A model generated the notes under the pieces. That model made no database searches, was not told where the DNA came from, and was given only the letters and a program-made list of their open reading frames with translations. Below, piece after piece: positions 1-9,446 of a DNA stretch of 64,000 nt. The stretch is from an uncultured Gemmatimonadales bacterium. Its GTDB lineage: Bacteria; Gemmatimonadota; Gemmatimonadetes; Longimicrobiales; RSA9. How positions within the stretch are numbered: the stretch's first letter is position 1; each line of letters opens with the position of its first letter. The position numbers were made by a program, and so were the translations under genes. Location of the stretch: the NCBI GenBank assembly GCA_963708135.1, contig OY970192.1, positions 3,072,001 to 3,136,000 on the forward strand. Reading direction: 5' to 3'.

Positions 1-127
1 CGATACGAAGTTCTCTACAAAGAATAAGAAAAGGAGATAGTTGTGCTTAAGGTCTAACACTAGAGGAGTGATAAGAAGAGATGGCAGAGAAGAGGCTGAG
101 GGACTACAGGTGCAGACAGAACAAGGC

Positions 128-280
128 GGTTAACAAACGGTTGGCGCCTGCGCGGCCTGCGGCCGCTCCGGAGAACGCGCCGCGGCGGTCTAGAAGCTGG
201 TGAGGGATCGTGTAGTTTCGAAGGTGGTCGCGCGCTGAGGGTTATAGGCGCGGCGGGTCGCCAACCTGGAAACGTTATCT
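128..280 (+). other. attC site 1 (family I)
   Basis: GGTTAAC-aaacGGTTGGCG ... CGCCAACC-tggaaac-GTTATCT. Confidence 0.85.
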
Positions 281-327
281 GCCAGCCCTTGGGATGCTTG
301 AGGCATGTAAGATCCTTGAGGAGAGCC

Positions 328-772
328 ATGAAGACCTACGAGATTCACCGTCGTCATAGAGCGGGACGAAGATGGCCGATTTGTGAGCTATCGTGACTGC
401 GACTTTGCAGGGCTGCTACACGGAAGGCGATACGGAGCGAGAGGCTACGTGATCTGATTGAGGCGCGATCCGGCTTCACCTTGAGGATCGACTCGAGCGA
501 GGATGAGCAATCCACCAGGAGGTGGGCAGCACGAGGGTACGGATCGCGGTATGACGCGCCTGCCTTCCATGACCGCGCAGAAGATGGTGCGAGCTCTTGG
601 AGCGGCATGGCTTTGAGCGAGTTCGGCAATCAGGATCCACACCTCATCCTCCGCCACACGGTACGGACGCCGCGTCACCGTCCCCGTGCATAAGTCCAAG
701 GACCTCGGTCGCGAGTCTTCTAGAGCCGGATCAAGAAAGGTACGCGTACCTCTCGATAGAAGACCTCTAATA
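328..772 (+). pseudogene. Frameshifted copy of the HicB-HicA cassette at 8856-9292
   Basis: Near-identical DNA to 8856-9292 but with many single-base indels (decay or sequencing error). Confidence 0.8.
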
Positions 773-788
773 GGTCGAACGGGCCGGC

Positions 789-940
789 GTTTAACTAACG
801 TTTGGCGCCTGCGCGGCCTGCGGCCGCTCCGGAGAACCCGCCGCGGCCGCCGGGAAGCTGGTGCGTTTCGTAGAGGTTTCGAAGGTGATCGCGCGCTGGA
901 GGTTGTTGCGCGGCGGGTCGCTAACCTAGAAACGTTATGC
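789..940 (+). other. attC site 2 (family I)
   Basis: TTAAC ... CGCTAACC-tagaaac-GTTATGC; interior nearly identical to attC 14. Confidence 0.8.
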
Positions 941-980
941 GATCATTGCCTCGGGTTGGTGGTGCAGACGCCCTCGCCGG

Positions 981-1009
981 TTGTGATCATGTCAGGTATG
1001 ACATAGATT
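981..1009 (+). promoter_or_regulatory. Putative sigma70 promoter with operator palindrome
   Basis: TTGTGA-17 bp-TAGATT; ATGTCA-ggta-TGACAT inverted repeat in the spacer; GTG start at 1015. Confidence 0.55.
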
Positions 1010-1014
1010 GAACC

Positions 1015-1365
1015 GTGAGATCGAGCGAGAAGCCGCTGGTCTGGATGCATGGGGAGGTCAAGACGCCTCCCTTCAGCGTAGGCGCGCGAATCGAGGCCGG
1101 GGTCCTGTTGCGGCGACTACAGAACGGCGAAACGCTTGGGCTGCCGCACTCTCGACCGATGCCGGTGATCGGCTCCCAATGTCACGAACTACGGATTCGA
1201 GACGAGGATCACACGTGGCGGATCATTTACCGGATCGATCCCGATGCGATCGTGATCGCGGAGGTGTTCAGCAAGAAGACTCAGCAGACGCCCAGGGCCA
1301 CGATCGAGGTGTGCAAGAGGCGGCTGAAGGCGTACGATCGGATAGACGAGGAGCAGGATGGATAA
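1015..1365 (+). CDS. RelE/HigB-like toxin (phage Gp49-like)
   Basis: HSRPMPVIG..CHELRIRD...WRIIYRID motif; overlaps the downstream HTH gene. Confidence 0.8.
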   Translation: MRSSEKPLVWMHGEVKTPPFSVGARIEAGVLLRRLQNGETLGLPHSRPMPVIGSQCHELRIRDEDHTWRIIYRIDPDAIVIAEVFSKKTQQTPRATIEVCKRRLKAYDRIDEEQDG

Positions 1366-1804
1366 GGGAAAGAGGAAGAGGCTCGAGGCGGCTGGTTGGA
1401 AGGTTGGCTCTGCCGAGGAGTTCCTGAACCTCGACGACGCTGAGGCGGCGTTCGTCGCGCTCAAACTCCGCCTGAGCGAGGAGCTGCGGGAGCGGCGAAC
1501 GAAGGAGGGATTGTCGCAAGTCGAGCTGGCGAAGCGGATTGGTTCGAGTCAGTCCCGAGTTGCGAAGATGGAGGCGAGTGATCCCACAGTGTCCGTGGAT
1601 CTGCTCCTGAAGGGGTTGTTCGCGACGGGCGCGACCCAGGATGAAATTGGTGGAGCGATCGCGAAGGGTCGCCGAGGCGTGCAGGCACGGCAGGCGCCCG
1701 AGGCAACGCGGCATAACAAGACGGTTACCGCGGCGGCGCACCTGCGGTGCGCCTTGCCCTCCGCTTCGCTCCGGGACGCCTCGCCTTCGGCTCGGTGTCG
1801 GTAA
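1358..1804 (+). CDS. XRE-type HTH antitoxin; the C-terminus runs into attC 3, possibly through an indel
   Basis: GLSQVELAKRIGSSQSRVAKME HTH motif. Confidence 0.8.
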   Translation: MDKGKRKRLEAAGWKVGSAEEFLNLDDAEAAFVALKLRLSEELRERRTKEGLSQVELAKRIGSSQSRVAKMEASDPTVSVDLLLKGLFATGATQDEIGGAIAKGRRGVQARQAPEATRHNKTVTAAAHLRCALPSASLRDASPSARCR

Positions 1805-1820
1805 CGCTGAAACGTTATCC
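1711..1820 (+). other. attC site 3
   Basis: GCATAAC-aagacGGTTACCG ... CGGTAACG-ctgaaac-GTTATCC. Confidence 0.8.
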
Positions 1821-1886
1821 GGCATGTTCCAGGCAGCGCTTCTGTAGCAGATAGAGTTAGGGAGAACGCCGGACGAAGGAGGTCGC

Positions 1887-2380
1887 GTGTCGAAGGTTCC
1901 GATCAAGGAGCTGCTGGAGCTGTCGGTGGCAGAACGGATCAGCTCATATGACTGTGGGAGAGAGAGGTCGCTGACTCGGAGGGGGTCTCGATCAGTGAGG
2001 CTCAGTTGCAGGAAGCTCGGCGTGTATGGAGGAGCATTGTGCGGATCGGGCTCGCGATCTGGGAGCAGCTTCGGCGGGAGTTGTGAGAGAGATACGGATG
2101 AACGGGAGTTGATGTTGGTTTTGGCGCGTTGGATGTGCTGGAGGCGATAGAGTGGTACTCGGGTAGATAGAGATGGCGCTGAATTGTGCGAGTGCTTGAT
2201 GCTGCGTTGAATAGATTCAGCAGAATTGGCTTAGTTTCAGTGGTGGACGCTTGATTGGAAGCTGGTGCTCGTTCTACAAGATTGTTTACGGCTGACGAAC
2301 GAGAGATTGTGATTCTGTGGTTTTATGTGAGAGAGATAAGGCACTGGAGAGGTGGAAGTGAGGAGCTCAGGGTGAGGTTG
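1887..2380 (+). pseudogene. Degraded addiction-module antitoxin plus ParE/RelE-like toxin
   Basis: N-terminus VSKVPIKELLELSVAERI and downstream EIVILW fragment; frames broken. Confidence 0.5.
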
Positions 2381-2387
2381 AACACGC

Positions 2388-2526
2388 GGATAACAAACGG
2401 TTGGCGCTGCGCGGTTGCGGCGCTCGGAGAATGCGCAGCGTCTGGAAGCTGGTGAGGTGATGCAGTTTCGAAGGCATGGCGCGCTGAAGGTATGGCGCGG
2501 CGGATCGCTAACTGGAAACGTTATCG
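2388..2526 (+). other. attC site 4 (family I)
   Basis: GGATAAC-aaacGGTTGGCG ... CGCTAAC-tggaaac-GTTATCG. Confidence 0.8.
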
Positions 2527-2774
2527 GAATGCGCTGGTGCGCTGGGGAGTGAACCTCTTGTTCCCCTCCCCGCCCGGATCCAGCGGTTTCGCGGGACCGG
2601 TGCGATCGATGATCTTGGCACACCGGGTTCGGAGGCAGCAGCTGGTGAGGCGCTGGGCGCATGTTCCTGTATCCGCGGCGTCGAGAGCTCGGCCGGAGTC
2701 GAAGCGTTTGTCGGCGCTGAGTTCCGGGCCGCGCTCGCCTTCCGCTGGAGGCGGAGGGGCGCACTCCGGATAAC
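2520..2774 (+). ncRNA. Gene-less cassette, variant A, copy 1 (candidate structured RNA)
   Basis: No credible ORF; near-identical to 11001-11259 and 12078-12336; multiple stems. Confidence 0.55.
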
Positions 2775-2899
2775 AGAGCGGTGGCCGCTGCGCCGCCTTC
2801 AGCGGCTTGCCCGCCGGGTGAAGTGAAGTCGTAGGCTGAGAACACGGGCTGGCGGGACGCGGCGCTGGGGGCCGCGTCGGCAACCGCCAGACGTTATAG
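2768..2899 (+). other. attC site 5 (family III, belongs to gene-less cassettes)
   Basis: GGATAAC-agaGCGGTGGCCG ... CGGCAACCGC-cagac-GTTATAG. Confidence 0.85.
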
Positions 2900-2944
2900 G
2901 ACATTTTCCACGTTGGTCTCCCATCTGAGCAAGGAAAGTCATCG

Positions 2945-3736
2945 ATGGCTTTGAAACCCTGTCGCGAGTGCTCGCATAAGATCAGCACCGAGGCCAATTC
3001 ATGCCCGAATTGCGGAGCTAAAAATCCGACAGGATCGAGAATCTCCGCGAAACAGGGATGCCTCGGCTGCCTAGGACTAATCGTTCTTATGGTCATTATG
3101 ACGTCTCTAATCAATACGTGCGGGTCCGGTTCCACCCCGTCATCAAGCGTGATGTCGCACTCTAGAGTGAACCCGTCGGTCAATCCCGACAGTGTTTGGG
3201 CCGCCGGTAATGCCTCACAATTAGGCTCACTGTCTCGACGCGATTCAATGAGGTATGACCATATCACACGCACGACTGGCCTCACGCCAGCTGAGCCCAA
3301 ATTCCATGAACGCGTTGTCGCGATGCGAATTGCAGACGCGCGAGACGCGTCGAAGCGTCCTGAATCCAGGGGAGACGCGTTGACCTTCCTATCACTTGCA
3401 GACACTCCATTTACTTCCACACAATCCGCCGCGATCAAGTCTTTGCGCACATTGATATCGGCGTCTATAGATCGTGACACTAGGAAGGCGGGCATCCCGC
3501 TTCGCCGCGCCTATGCGGCGACGTTGAGAAACAAATTTCTCGACGACGCTCTTGATATTAAGGTTTCCGCACTCGGCGACGACGCGACTACGCTGAAACT
3601 TGAATTCGTCCTGTTCAATGACGTGTGGAGTCACAAGCTAGTAACCGGGGAGTTCCAGCAGTTGCTTCGCCAGATGGGATTCAAGCGGCTTCGGATGACG
3701 GACGGGTACGACTGGGGATACTACTGGGATCTATAG
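2945..3736 (+). CDS. Zinc-ribbon membrane protein/lipoprotein of unknown function (cassette cargo)
   Basis: CRECSH...CPNCG zinc ribbon followed by a hydrophobic segment; fills the cassette. Confidence 0.8.
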   Translation: MALKPCRECSHKISTEANSCPNCGAKNPTGSRISAKQGCLGCLGLIVLMVIMTSLINTCGSGSTPSSSVMSHSRVNPSVNPDSVWAAGNASQLGSLSRRDSMRYDHITRTTGLTPAEPKFHERVVAMRIADARDASKRPESRGDALTFLSLADTPFTSTQSAAIKSLRTLISASIDRDTRKAGIPLRRAYAATLRNKFLDDALDIKVSALGDDATTLKLEFVLFNDVWSHKLVTGEFQQLLRQMGFKRLRMTDGYDWGYYWDL

Positions 3737-3772
3737 CCGGCCACGCGAGACATTCGCACGATGGAAAACGTC

Positions 3773-3926
3773 CTATAACTGGACAATTGCCGCAGAGCCC
3801 GCCGGGATTGAGACCACGCGGCATTTAATAGGTAGGCCGGACGGGACATGACTCCGCTCAGGCGCGAGATCGCGTTGCTCACTCGCTTCCTCGCTGCGTC
3901 ACGTCGGCAATCGCTTAACGTTATCT
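3773..3926 (+). other. attC site 6
   Basis: CTATAAC ... ATTGCCG ... CGGCAAT ... GTTATCT. Confidence 0.75.
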
Positions 3927-4179
3927 GGAATGCGCTGGAGCGCTGAACAGCAATGATGTGCTCCGCCGCCCCGCCCCGGTTCCAGCGGCTTTGCGCTCGA
4001 GGTGCGATGGACGTTGACGGGCCGGGATGCGTCAGAGGAGGCAGGAGCTGGTGAGGCGCCGTGCGTCGGCCCCGCCGGTGCGGTTCGGCAGCGGGGCACG
4101 TGCAGGTCGCCGGCGGCGAGTTGCGACCGTTCCAGAGTGCACGGCTGTGGCAGGACGCGAGAGGCGCACTCCAGATAAC
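3920..4179 (+). ncRNA. Gene-less cassette, variant B, copy 1
   Basis: Only an 8-codon ORF at its start; essentially identical to 5847-6106; shares blocks with variant A. Confidence 0.55.
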
Positions 4180-4304
4180 GGAGCGGTGACCGCTTCGCCG
4201 CCTTCGGCGGCTCGCCCGCCGGGTGAAGTGAAGTCCAAGCCCGAAAAGATGGGCCGGCGGGACACGGCGCTGCGCGCCACGTCGGTAACCGAGAGACGTT
4301 ACGC
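4173..4304 (+). other. attC site 7 (family III)
   Basis: AGATAAC-ggagCGGTGACCG ... CGGTAACCG-agagac-GTTACGC. Confidence 0.85.
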
Positions 4305-4336
4305 GCCATACTGCGGGTGAAAAGTGGGGTCTTACA

Positions 4337-5038
4337 TTGAGCAACTGGTATCACCTGTACTGCGATGAGACGGGTATCGGGTCTGGACCGTCGTTCGATC
4401 TTGGTGCGCTCCAGATGTCGCCAGCACGAGCCCGGATCCTTGCGGAAGGGCTATTGCGGGTCCGTCACGAATACGGGCTCCGAGCCGAGATGAAGTGGAC
4501 GAAGGTATCTCTTGGGATGCTGGATGCGTACAAGGCCTTCGTGGATGTATTCCTGAACTGCCAGTACACGAGGCTCTATCACCTCAAAGTCCGCAAGCGC
4601 CACGATTGGACGGCGTTTGGCCGATCTGAGAATGCACGCTTCTTCAAGGCCTACTACGTTTTCCTGAGAATGCACATGCGGTCGCATTCGCGATATGTGG
4701 TGCAGGTGGATGACAAGCCAGGCAAGCGATATCGCTGGAGCCAGGTCTACTACGCCATCAACGCCGCGGCCGCTCGTGATTACGGAGTGACGCGGAAGCA
4801 GATTGCGGACTTCCGGCCGATGGATTCCAAGAGATCGGACCTGCTGCAGCTCGTGGATGTTGTGCTGGGTGCTATGACGTCGGTTGCTTCGGCCCCAGCG
4901 AAGCTGAATCTTCTCACCTATGTGCGGGATCGTGTTGCCTCAAGGGAGGCGGAGGTGAAGAGCGGCGAGTGGTCACCTACAGTGGTCGCCAAGTCCTCCT
5001 CGGCACTGGGAAGTCGTACGGCGCGTAACAAACGGTGA
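4337..5038 (+). CDS. DUF3800-family protein (cassette cargo)
   Basis: YCDETG N-terminal motif, EMKWTK, and DSKRSDLLQLVD C-terminal motif. Confidence 0.75.
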   Translation: MSNWYHLYCDETGIGSGPSFDLGALQMSPARARILAEGLLRVRHEYGLRAEMKWTKVSLGMLDAYKAFVDVFLNCQYTRLYHLKVRKRHDWTAFGRSENARFFKAYYVFLRMHMRSHSRYVVQVDDKPGKRYRWSQVYYAINAAAARDYGVTRKQIADFRPMDSKRSDLLQLVDVVLGAMTSVASAPAKLNLLTYVRDRVASREAEVKSGEWSPTVVAKSSSALGSRTARNKR

Positions 5039-5116
5039 GCGCCTGCGCAGCTCCGCTGCTTCGGCCCTGCGGGACACCCGCCTCCGGCGGGCGTCGCTCA
5101 CCTAAGAACGTTATCT
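5023..5116 (+). other. attC site 8 (family II)
   Basis: GCGTAAC-aaacGGTGAGCG ... CGCTCACC-taagaac-GTTATCT. Confidence 0.85.
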
Positions 5117-5149
5117 GACATGAGCCGCACGACGTGATTAGATTGGCGG

Positions 5150-5428
5150 ATGAGCCCGAGCGAGCGATTCGAGCGACCCGAGTGGTGGGAGTGGGAGCTC
5201 GCGTTCACGGCTCACGTCGAAGCACGCATGGAGGAGCGTGGATTCTCCGAGGTCGATCTGCGCGAGATGCTCGAGGATGCATTGGATCTGGAGCAGAGCC
5301 GGAATCCGAGGCGGTGGCTGGTCCGCACCCGCTCGGGCGGCGCGCCGTGGATCGTCGTGGTTGAGCCCGATCCTGATGAACAGGTGCTTCTGATCGTCAC
5401 CGCTTACCTTCGAGACGCCCGCCGATGA
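5150..5428 (+). CDS. DUF4258-like putative toxin
   Basis: FTAHVEARMEERG ... LLIVTAY; coupled to the next gene. Confidence 0.7.
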   Translation: MSPSERFERPEWWEWELAFTAHVEARMEERGFSEVDLREMLEDALDLEQSRNPRRWLVRTRSGGAPWIVVVEPDPDEQVLLIVTAYLRDARR

Positions 5429-5694
5429 AAACTCTCACCGTCCAAGTGACCTACCGCAAAGGCGAGCCCTTTGCCGCCTACATTTACCTGGCTGCGAAGC
5501 CGGGCCAGAAGAGTGCACGGACCGAAGACGTCAGTCCCGACCTCGTCATCGACTACGCGGCCGATGGCACCCCGCTCGGGATTGAAATCGTTTCGCCGGG
5601 ATTCGTCACCCTCGACGAAATCCACGCCGTCTTCGACCGACTCGGCCTGGGACGCCCGGAACCATCGGAATTGGCGCCGCTCAGGGCGGCCTGA
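5425..5694 (+). CDS. DUF2283-like putative antitoxin
   Basis: AAYIYL ... VIDYAADGTPLGIEI motif; ATGA overlap. Confidence 0.75.
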   Translation: MKTLTVQVTYRKGEPFAAYIYLAAKPGQKSARTEDVSPDLVIDYAADGTPLGIEIVSPGFVTLDEIHAVFDRLGLGRPEPSELAPLRAA

Positions 5695-5735
5695 CTTCCC
5701 CAGCGGGTGGGCCAGCCCCGGCAGCGGCTCACATC

Positions 5736-5853
5736 AGATAACAAACGGTGAGCGCCTGCGCGGCTTCGCCGCTCCGGCCCTTCGGGACACCGAATCCTCA
5801 GCGCCGCGCTGCGGCGCCTCCGGTTCGGCGTCGCTCACCTACAAGCGTTATCT
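5736..5853 (+). other. attC site 9 (family II)
   Basis: AGATAAC-aaacGGTGAGCG ... CGCTCACC-tacaagc-GTTATCT. Confidence 0.85.
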
Positions 5854-6106
5854 GGAATGCGCTGGAGCGCTGAACAGCAATGATGTGCTCCGCCGCCCCG
5901 CCCCGGTTCCAGCGGCTTTGCGCTCGCGGTGCGATGGACGTTGACGGGCCGGGATGCGTCAGAGGAGGCAGGAGCTGGTGAGGCGCCGTGCGTCGGCCCC
6001 GCCGGTGCGGTTCGGCAGCGGGGCACGTGCAGGTCGCCGGCGGCGAGTTGCGACCGTTCCAGAGTGCACGGCTGTGGCAGGACGCGAGAGGCGCACTCCA
6101 GATAAC
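5847..6106 (+). ncRNA. Gene-less cassette, variant B, copy 2
   Basis: Duplicate of 3920-4179. Confidence 0.55.
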
Positions 6107-6231
6107 GGAGCGGTGACCGCTTCGCCGCCTTCGGCGGCTCGCCCGCCGGGTGAAGTGAAGTCCAAGCCCGAAAAGATGGGCCGGCGGGACACGGCGCTGC
6201 GCGCCACGTCGGTAACCGAGAGACGTTATGT
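6100..6231 (+). other. attC site 10 (family III)
   Basis: Identical interior to attC 7. Confidence 0.85.
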
Positions 6232-6283
6232 GAAATCGCCCGGAGGCCGCTGAACCCGCTGCGGTTGAGAGACCCCACCTGAC

Positions 6284-6312
6284 TTGTCGTAGCATGGGTG
6301 CCGTGCTATCAT
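6284..6312 (+). promoter_or_regulatory. Putative promoter/operator of higBA
   Basis: TTGTCG-17 bp-TATCAT; TAGCATGG...CCGTGCTA inverted repeat; ATG at 6318. Confidence 0.6.
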
Positions 6313-6317
6313 GCTAG

Positions 6318-6611
6318 ATGATTCGATCATTCCGGGATGCGGCGACCGAGGATCTGTTCTACGGTCGTTCGACGAAGGCAGCTCGGAAAGCGCTTCCACT
6401 GTCGCTGTGGCAGAAGGCGTCGGTGAAGCTCGATGCGGTCGACTCGGCCGGGATGTTGGACGACCTACGAGTTCCGCCAGGGAATCGATTGGAAGCCTTG
6501 AAGGGAGATCGTCGCGGTCAGCACAGCATCCGAATCAACAGCCAGTACCGGATCTGTTTTCGATGGACGGACGCAGGACCGGAAGACGTAGAAGTCGTCG
6601 ACTACCATTGA
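6318..6611 (+). CDS. higB: HigB toxin (plasmid maintenance killer family)
   Basis: PPGNRLEALKGDRRGQHSIRINSQYRICF...VVDYH. Confidence 0.92.
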   Translation: MIRSFRDAATEDLFYGRSTKAARKALPLSLWQKASVKLDAVDSAGMLDDLRVPPGNRLEALKGDRRGQHSIRINSQYRICFRWTDAGPEDVEVVDYH

Positions 6612-6619
6612 GGCATACT

Positions 6620-6946
6620 ATGGTCCGAGTACCGACCCATCGCCGACCGACGCACCCGGGGGAGATGCTCCTCGAGGAGTTTCTCGGCCCGATGGAGCTG
6701 ACGCAGCGGGAGCTTGCCGACGCGATCGCAGTCCCGTATCAGCGGGTCAACGAGATCGTGAACGGACGACGGGGAGTGACCCCGAGCACTGCACTGCGGC
6801 TATCGACCTACTTCGGCACGTCGACGGACTTCTGGATGAACCTTCAGCTGCGATGGGATCTGTACCACGCTCGAGAGGCCGAGGCCGACATCTTGAAGAA
6901 GATTCCTCGATACAAGTCTTCGAATCGCGACAGAGTAGGCGGATAG
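6620..6946 (+). CDS. higA: HigA antitoxin
   Basis: PTHPGEMLLEEFL ... FWMNLQLRWDL. Confidence 0.92.
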   Translation: MVRVPTHRRPTHPGEMLLEEFLGPMELTQRELADAIAVPYQRVNEIVNGRRGVTPSTALRLSTYFGTSTDFWMNLQLRWDLYHAREAEADILKKIPRYKSSNRDRVGG

Positions 6947-6977
6947 CACGATTGAAGCCGGGCAGAGGGGCGACTTC

Positions 6978-7073
6978 ACATAACACACGGTGAGCGGCTA
7001 AGCGGCGTTCGCCGCTACGCCCCTACGGGACACCCCCCATGCGGCGGGCGTCGCTCACCTGGAAACGTTAGAA
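6978..7073 (+). other. attC site 11 (family II)
   Basis: ACATAAC-acacGGTGAGCG ... CGCTCACC-tggaaac-GTTAGAA. Confidence 0.85.
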
Positions 7074-7152
7074 GACATGCCGGGTTGACGGGCGGTGGTA
7101 CTGAGTACTATAGTACGGAGGACGTTGAAGCCGGGAGGCTCGTATCGAATTC

Positions 7153-7473
7153 GTGGCAACCCGCAGCTTCGAGAGCTCCGCGAAGAAGCTCCTGTCCGAA
7201 GAGGACCGGAGGCAGCTTGAGTTGCTCCTGCTGGGAGATCCACGACATGGCAAGGTGATTGAGCGCACTGGCGGTTTCCGGAAGGTGCGCTTCGCTCGAC
7301 CCAGCCGGCGTGAAGGGAAGAGCGGCGGTACTCGGGTGATCTACTATCTCCTCGATCGACGTGACCGGATCTACCTGCTCCTCGTGTACGCGAAGGGGGT
7401 GAAGGACACCCTCACCCGCACCGAGGAGAACGAACTTCGGAAGCTGGCAAAGGCATTGGAGGAAGAACGGTGA
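7153..7473 (+). CDS. RelE/HigB-2-like toxin (start uncertain)
   Basis: GKVIERTGGFRKVRF...GKSGGTRVIYY...LLLVYAK. Confidence 0.85.
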   Translation: MATRSFESSAKKLLSEEDRRQLELLLLGDPRHGKVIERTGGFRKVRFARPSRREGKSGGTRVIYYLLDRRDRIYLLLVYAKGVKDTLTRTEENELRKLAKALEEER

Positions 7474-7850
7474 CCAAGGCACGGAGGAAGGGTACGTTCG
7501 GGCAGGTGCTCATCGAGTCCGCAAGAGAGGCGGTGCAGATCGAGCGCGGTGAGGCACCCCCGGCTCGTGTCACCAAGCACACGGCTGCGGAAACGAGGGT
7601 GGCACCTCCGCCTCAATACGTGCCGGAACGTATCAAGGGAATCCGGGATGTCATGGCATTGTCCCAGCCTGTCTTCGCTGCGGCCTTGAATGTGAGTCCA
7701 GAGACAGTCCGCGCTTGGGAACAGGGGAAGAGGGAACCCGACGGCCCTACGCTTCGACTCCTCGAGGTAGCGGAGCAGCACCCCGAGGTGCTCCTTACAA
7801 AAGTGCGGGCCCGAAGGTCGAGGAAACGGCCCAGCGCCGAGATCCGGTAA
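7470..7850 (+). CDS. HTH antitoxin (HigA-2-like)
   Basis: LSQPVFAAALNVSPETVRAWEQGKREPDG. Confidence 0.85.
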   Translation: MTKARRKGTFGQVLIESAREAVQIERGEAPPARVTKHTAAETRVAPPPQYVPERIKGIRDVMALSQPVFAAALNVSPETVRAWEQGKREPDGPTLRLLEVAEQHPEVLLTKVRARRSRKRPSAEIR

Positions 7851-7892
7851 CGTGCCTTGGAATGACGCGGTCAGCGTCATGGCCGGCACGTC

Positions 7893-8007
7893 TTCTAACA
7901 CACGGTGAGCGCCTGCGCGGCTTCGCTCCGGCCCTTCGGGACACCGAATCCTCAGCGCCGCGTTGCGGCGCCACCGGTTCGGCGTCGCTCACCTGGAAAC
8001 GTTATGT
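7893..8007 (+). other. attC site 12 (family II)
   Basis: TTCTAAC ... GGTGAGCG ... CGCTCACC ... GTTATGT. Confidence 0.85.
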
Positions 8008-8038
8008 GAAATGGCGCTGGCGTTGGTAGATTGAGAGC

Positions 8039-8326
8039 ATGAGCAACGAACTGAGGCAGCTCCAGGAGCGGATCACCCCCAAGCTGCGTGAGCACGGCGT
8101 CGTCAAAGCCGCCGTGTTCGGCTCCCGCGCTCGCGGGGATGCCGGACCCGAGAGCGATCTCGATCTCCTGGTCGAGTTCGAGAAAGGTCGAACGCTCCTG
8201 GACCTCATCGGCCTTGAGCAGGATCTCACGGAGCTGCTCGGGACCGAGACGGAGGTGGTCACCTACCGATCGCTGCATCCGCTCCTGCGGGAGCGAATCC
8301 TCGCCGACCAGGTGCCGCTCCTGTGA
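8039..8326 (+). CDS. Minimal nucleotidyltransferase (MNT/MntA-like antitoxin)
   Basis: VFGSRARGD...SDLDLLVEF. Confidence 0.9.
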   Translation: MSNELRQLQERITPKLREHGVVKAAVFGSRARGDAGPESDLDLLVEFEKGRTLLDLIGLEQDLTELLGTETEVVTYRSLHPLLRERILADQVPLL

Positions 8327-8667
8327 AGGATCCGGACGTCTTACCCTATCTCGCTCATGTCCTCGAGAGCATCGAGGCGATCGAACGGTACACGCGCGGG
8401 ATGGAGGCGGCGGCATTCCTCAACGATTCCCAAGCACAGGATGCCGTCGTTCGGCGCCTCGAGATCATCGGCGAGGCTGTGAAGAACGTCGGCCCGGAGT
8501 TCCGGGCGGCGCATCCAGAGATTCCGTGGAAGCGTATCGCCGGACTTCGAGACGTCCTAATTCACCGCTACTTCGAGGTGGATCTTGAACTGACGTGGGA
8601 GACGGTTCAAGAGCGGCTCCCGACGTTCAAACAACAGGTCCAGGCGCTTCTCCAGCAGTTGGGCTGA
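8323..8667 (+). CDS. HEPN/DUF86 RNase toxin (HepT-like)
   Basis: IPWKRIAGLRDVLIHRYF (RxxxxH motif). Confidence 0.9.
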   Translation: MKDPDVLPYLAHVLESIEAIERYTRGMEAAAFLNDSQAQDAVVRRLEIIGEAVKNVGPEFRAAHPEIPWKRIAGLRDVLIHRYFEVDLELTWETVQERLPTFKQQVQALLQQLG

Positions 8668-8686
8668 ACCCGGACGGCGCCACTTC

Positions 8687-8804
8687 ACATAACAACCGGT
8701 GAGCGCCTTCGCGGCTTCGCCGCTCCGGCCCTTCGGGACACCGAATCCTCAGCGCCGCGATGCGGCGCCTCCGGTTCGGCGTCGCTCACCTAGAAACGTT
8801 ATCC
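8687..8804 (+). other. attC site 13 (family II)
   Basis: ACATAAC ... GGTGAGCG ... CGCTCACC-tagaaac-GTTATCC. Confidence 0.85.
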
Positions 8805-8855
8805 GCCAGCCCTTGGGATGCTATCTTGTAGGCATCAAGATCCTTGAGGAGCGCC

Positions 8856-9077
8856 ATGAAGACCTACGAGTTCACCGTCGTCATCGAGCGGGACGAAGAT
8901 GGCCGATTTGTGGCTATCGTACCCGCTTTGCAGGGCTGCTACACGGAAGGCGAAACGGAGCGAGAGGCTCGGGATCTCATCGAGGACGCGATCCGGCTTC
9001 ACCTTGAGGATCGACTCGAGCGAGGAGAAGCAATCCACCAGGAGGTGGGCAGCACGAGGGTACGGATCGCGGTATGA
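8856..9077 (+). CDS. hicB: HicB-family antitoxin (short)
   Basis: VIERDEDGRFVAIVPALQGCYTEGET. Confidence 0.88.
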   Translation: MKTYEFTVVIERDEDGRFVAIVPALQGCYTEGETEREARDLIEDAIRLHLEDRLERGEAIHQEVGSTRVRIAV

Positions 9078-9292
9078 ACCCGCGCCTGCCTTCCATGACC
9101 GCGCCAGAAGTGGTGCGGCTCCTGGAGCGGCATGGCTTTGAGCGAGTTCGGCAATCAGGATCCCACCTCATCCTCCGCCACACGGACGGACGCCGCGTCA
9201 CCGTCCCCGTGCATAAGTCCAAGGACCTCGGTCGCGGTCTTCTGAGCCGGATCATGAAGGACGCGGACCTCTCGATAGAAGACCTCAAATAG
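9074..9292 (+). CDS. hicA: HicA-family toxin
   Basis: GFERVRQSGSHLIL...VTVPVH. Confidence 0.88.
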   Translation: MNPRLPSMTAPEVVRLLERHGFERVRQSGSHLILRHTDGRRVTVPVHKSKDLGRGLLSRIMKDADLSIEDLK

Positions 9293-9446
9293 GTCGAACG
9301 GGCCGGCGGATAACAAACGGTTGGCGCCTGCGCGGCCTGCGGCCGCTCCGGAGAACCCGCCGCGGCCGCCTGGAAGCTGGTGCGGTTCGTGAGGTTTCGA
9401 AGGTGATCGCGCGCTGGAGGTTGTTGCGCGGCGGGTCGCCAACCTA

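Noticed and set aside
1..127. 3' end of another RelE-like toxin cassette
   Set aside because: Only a short error-rich fragment (KEIVVLKV) is visible, too little to call
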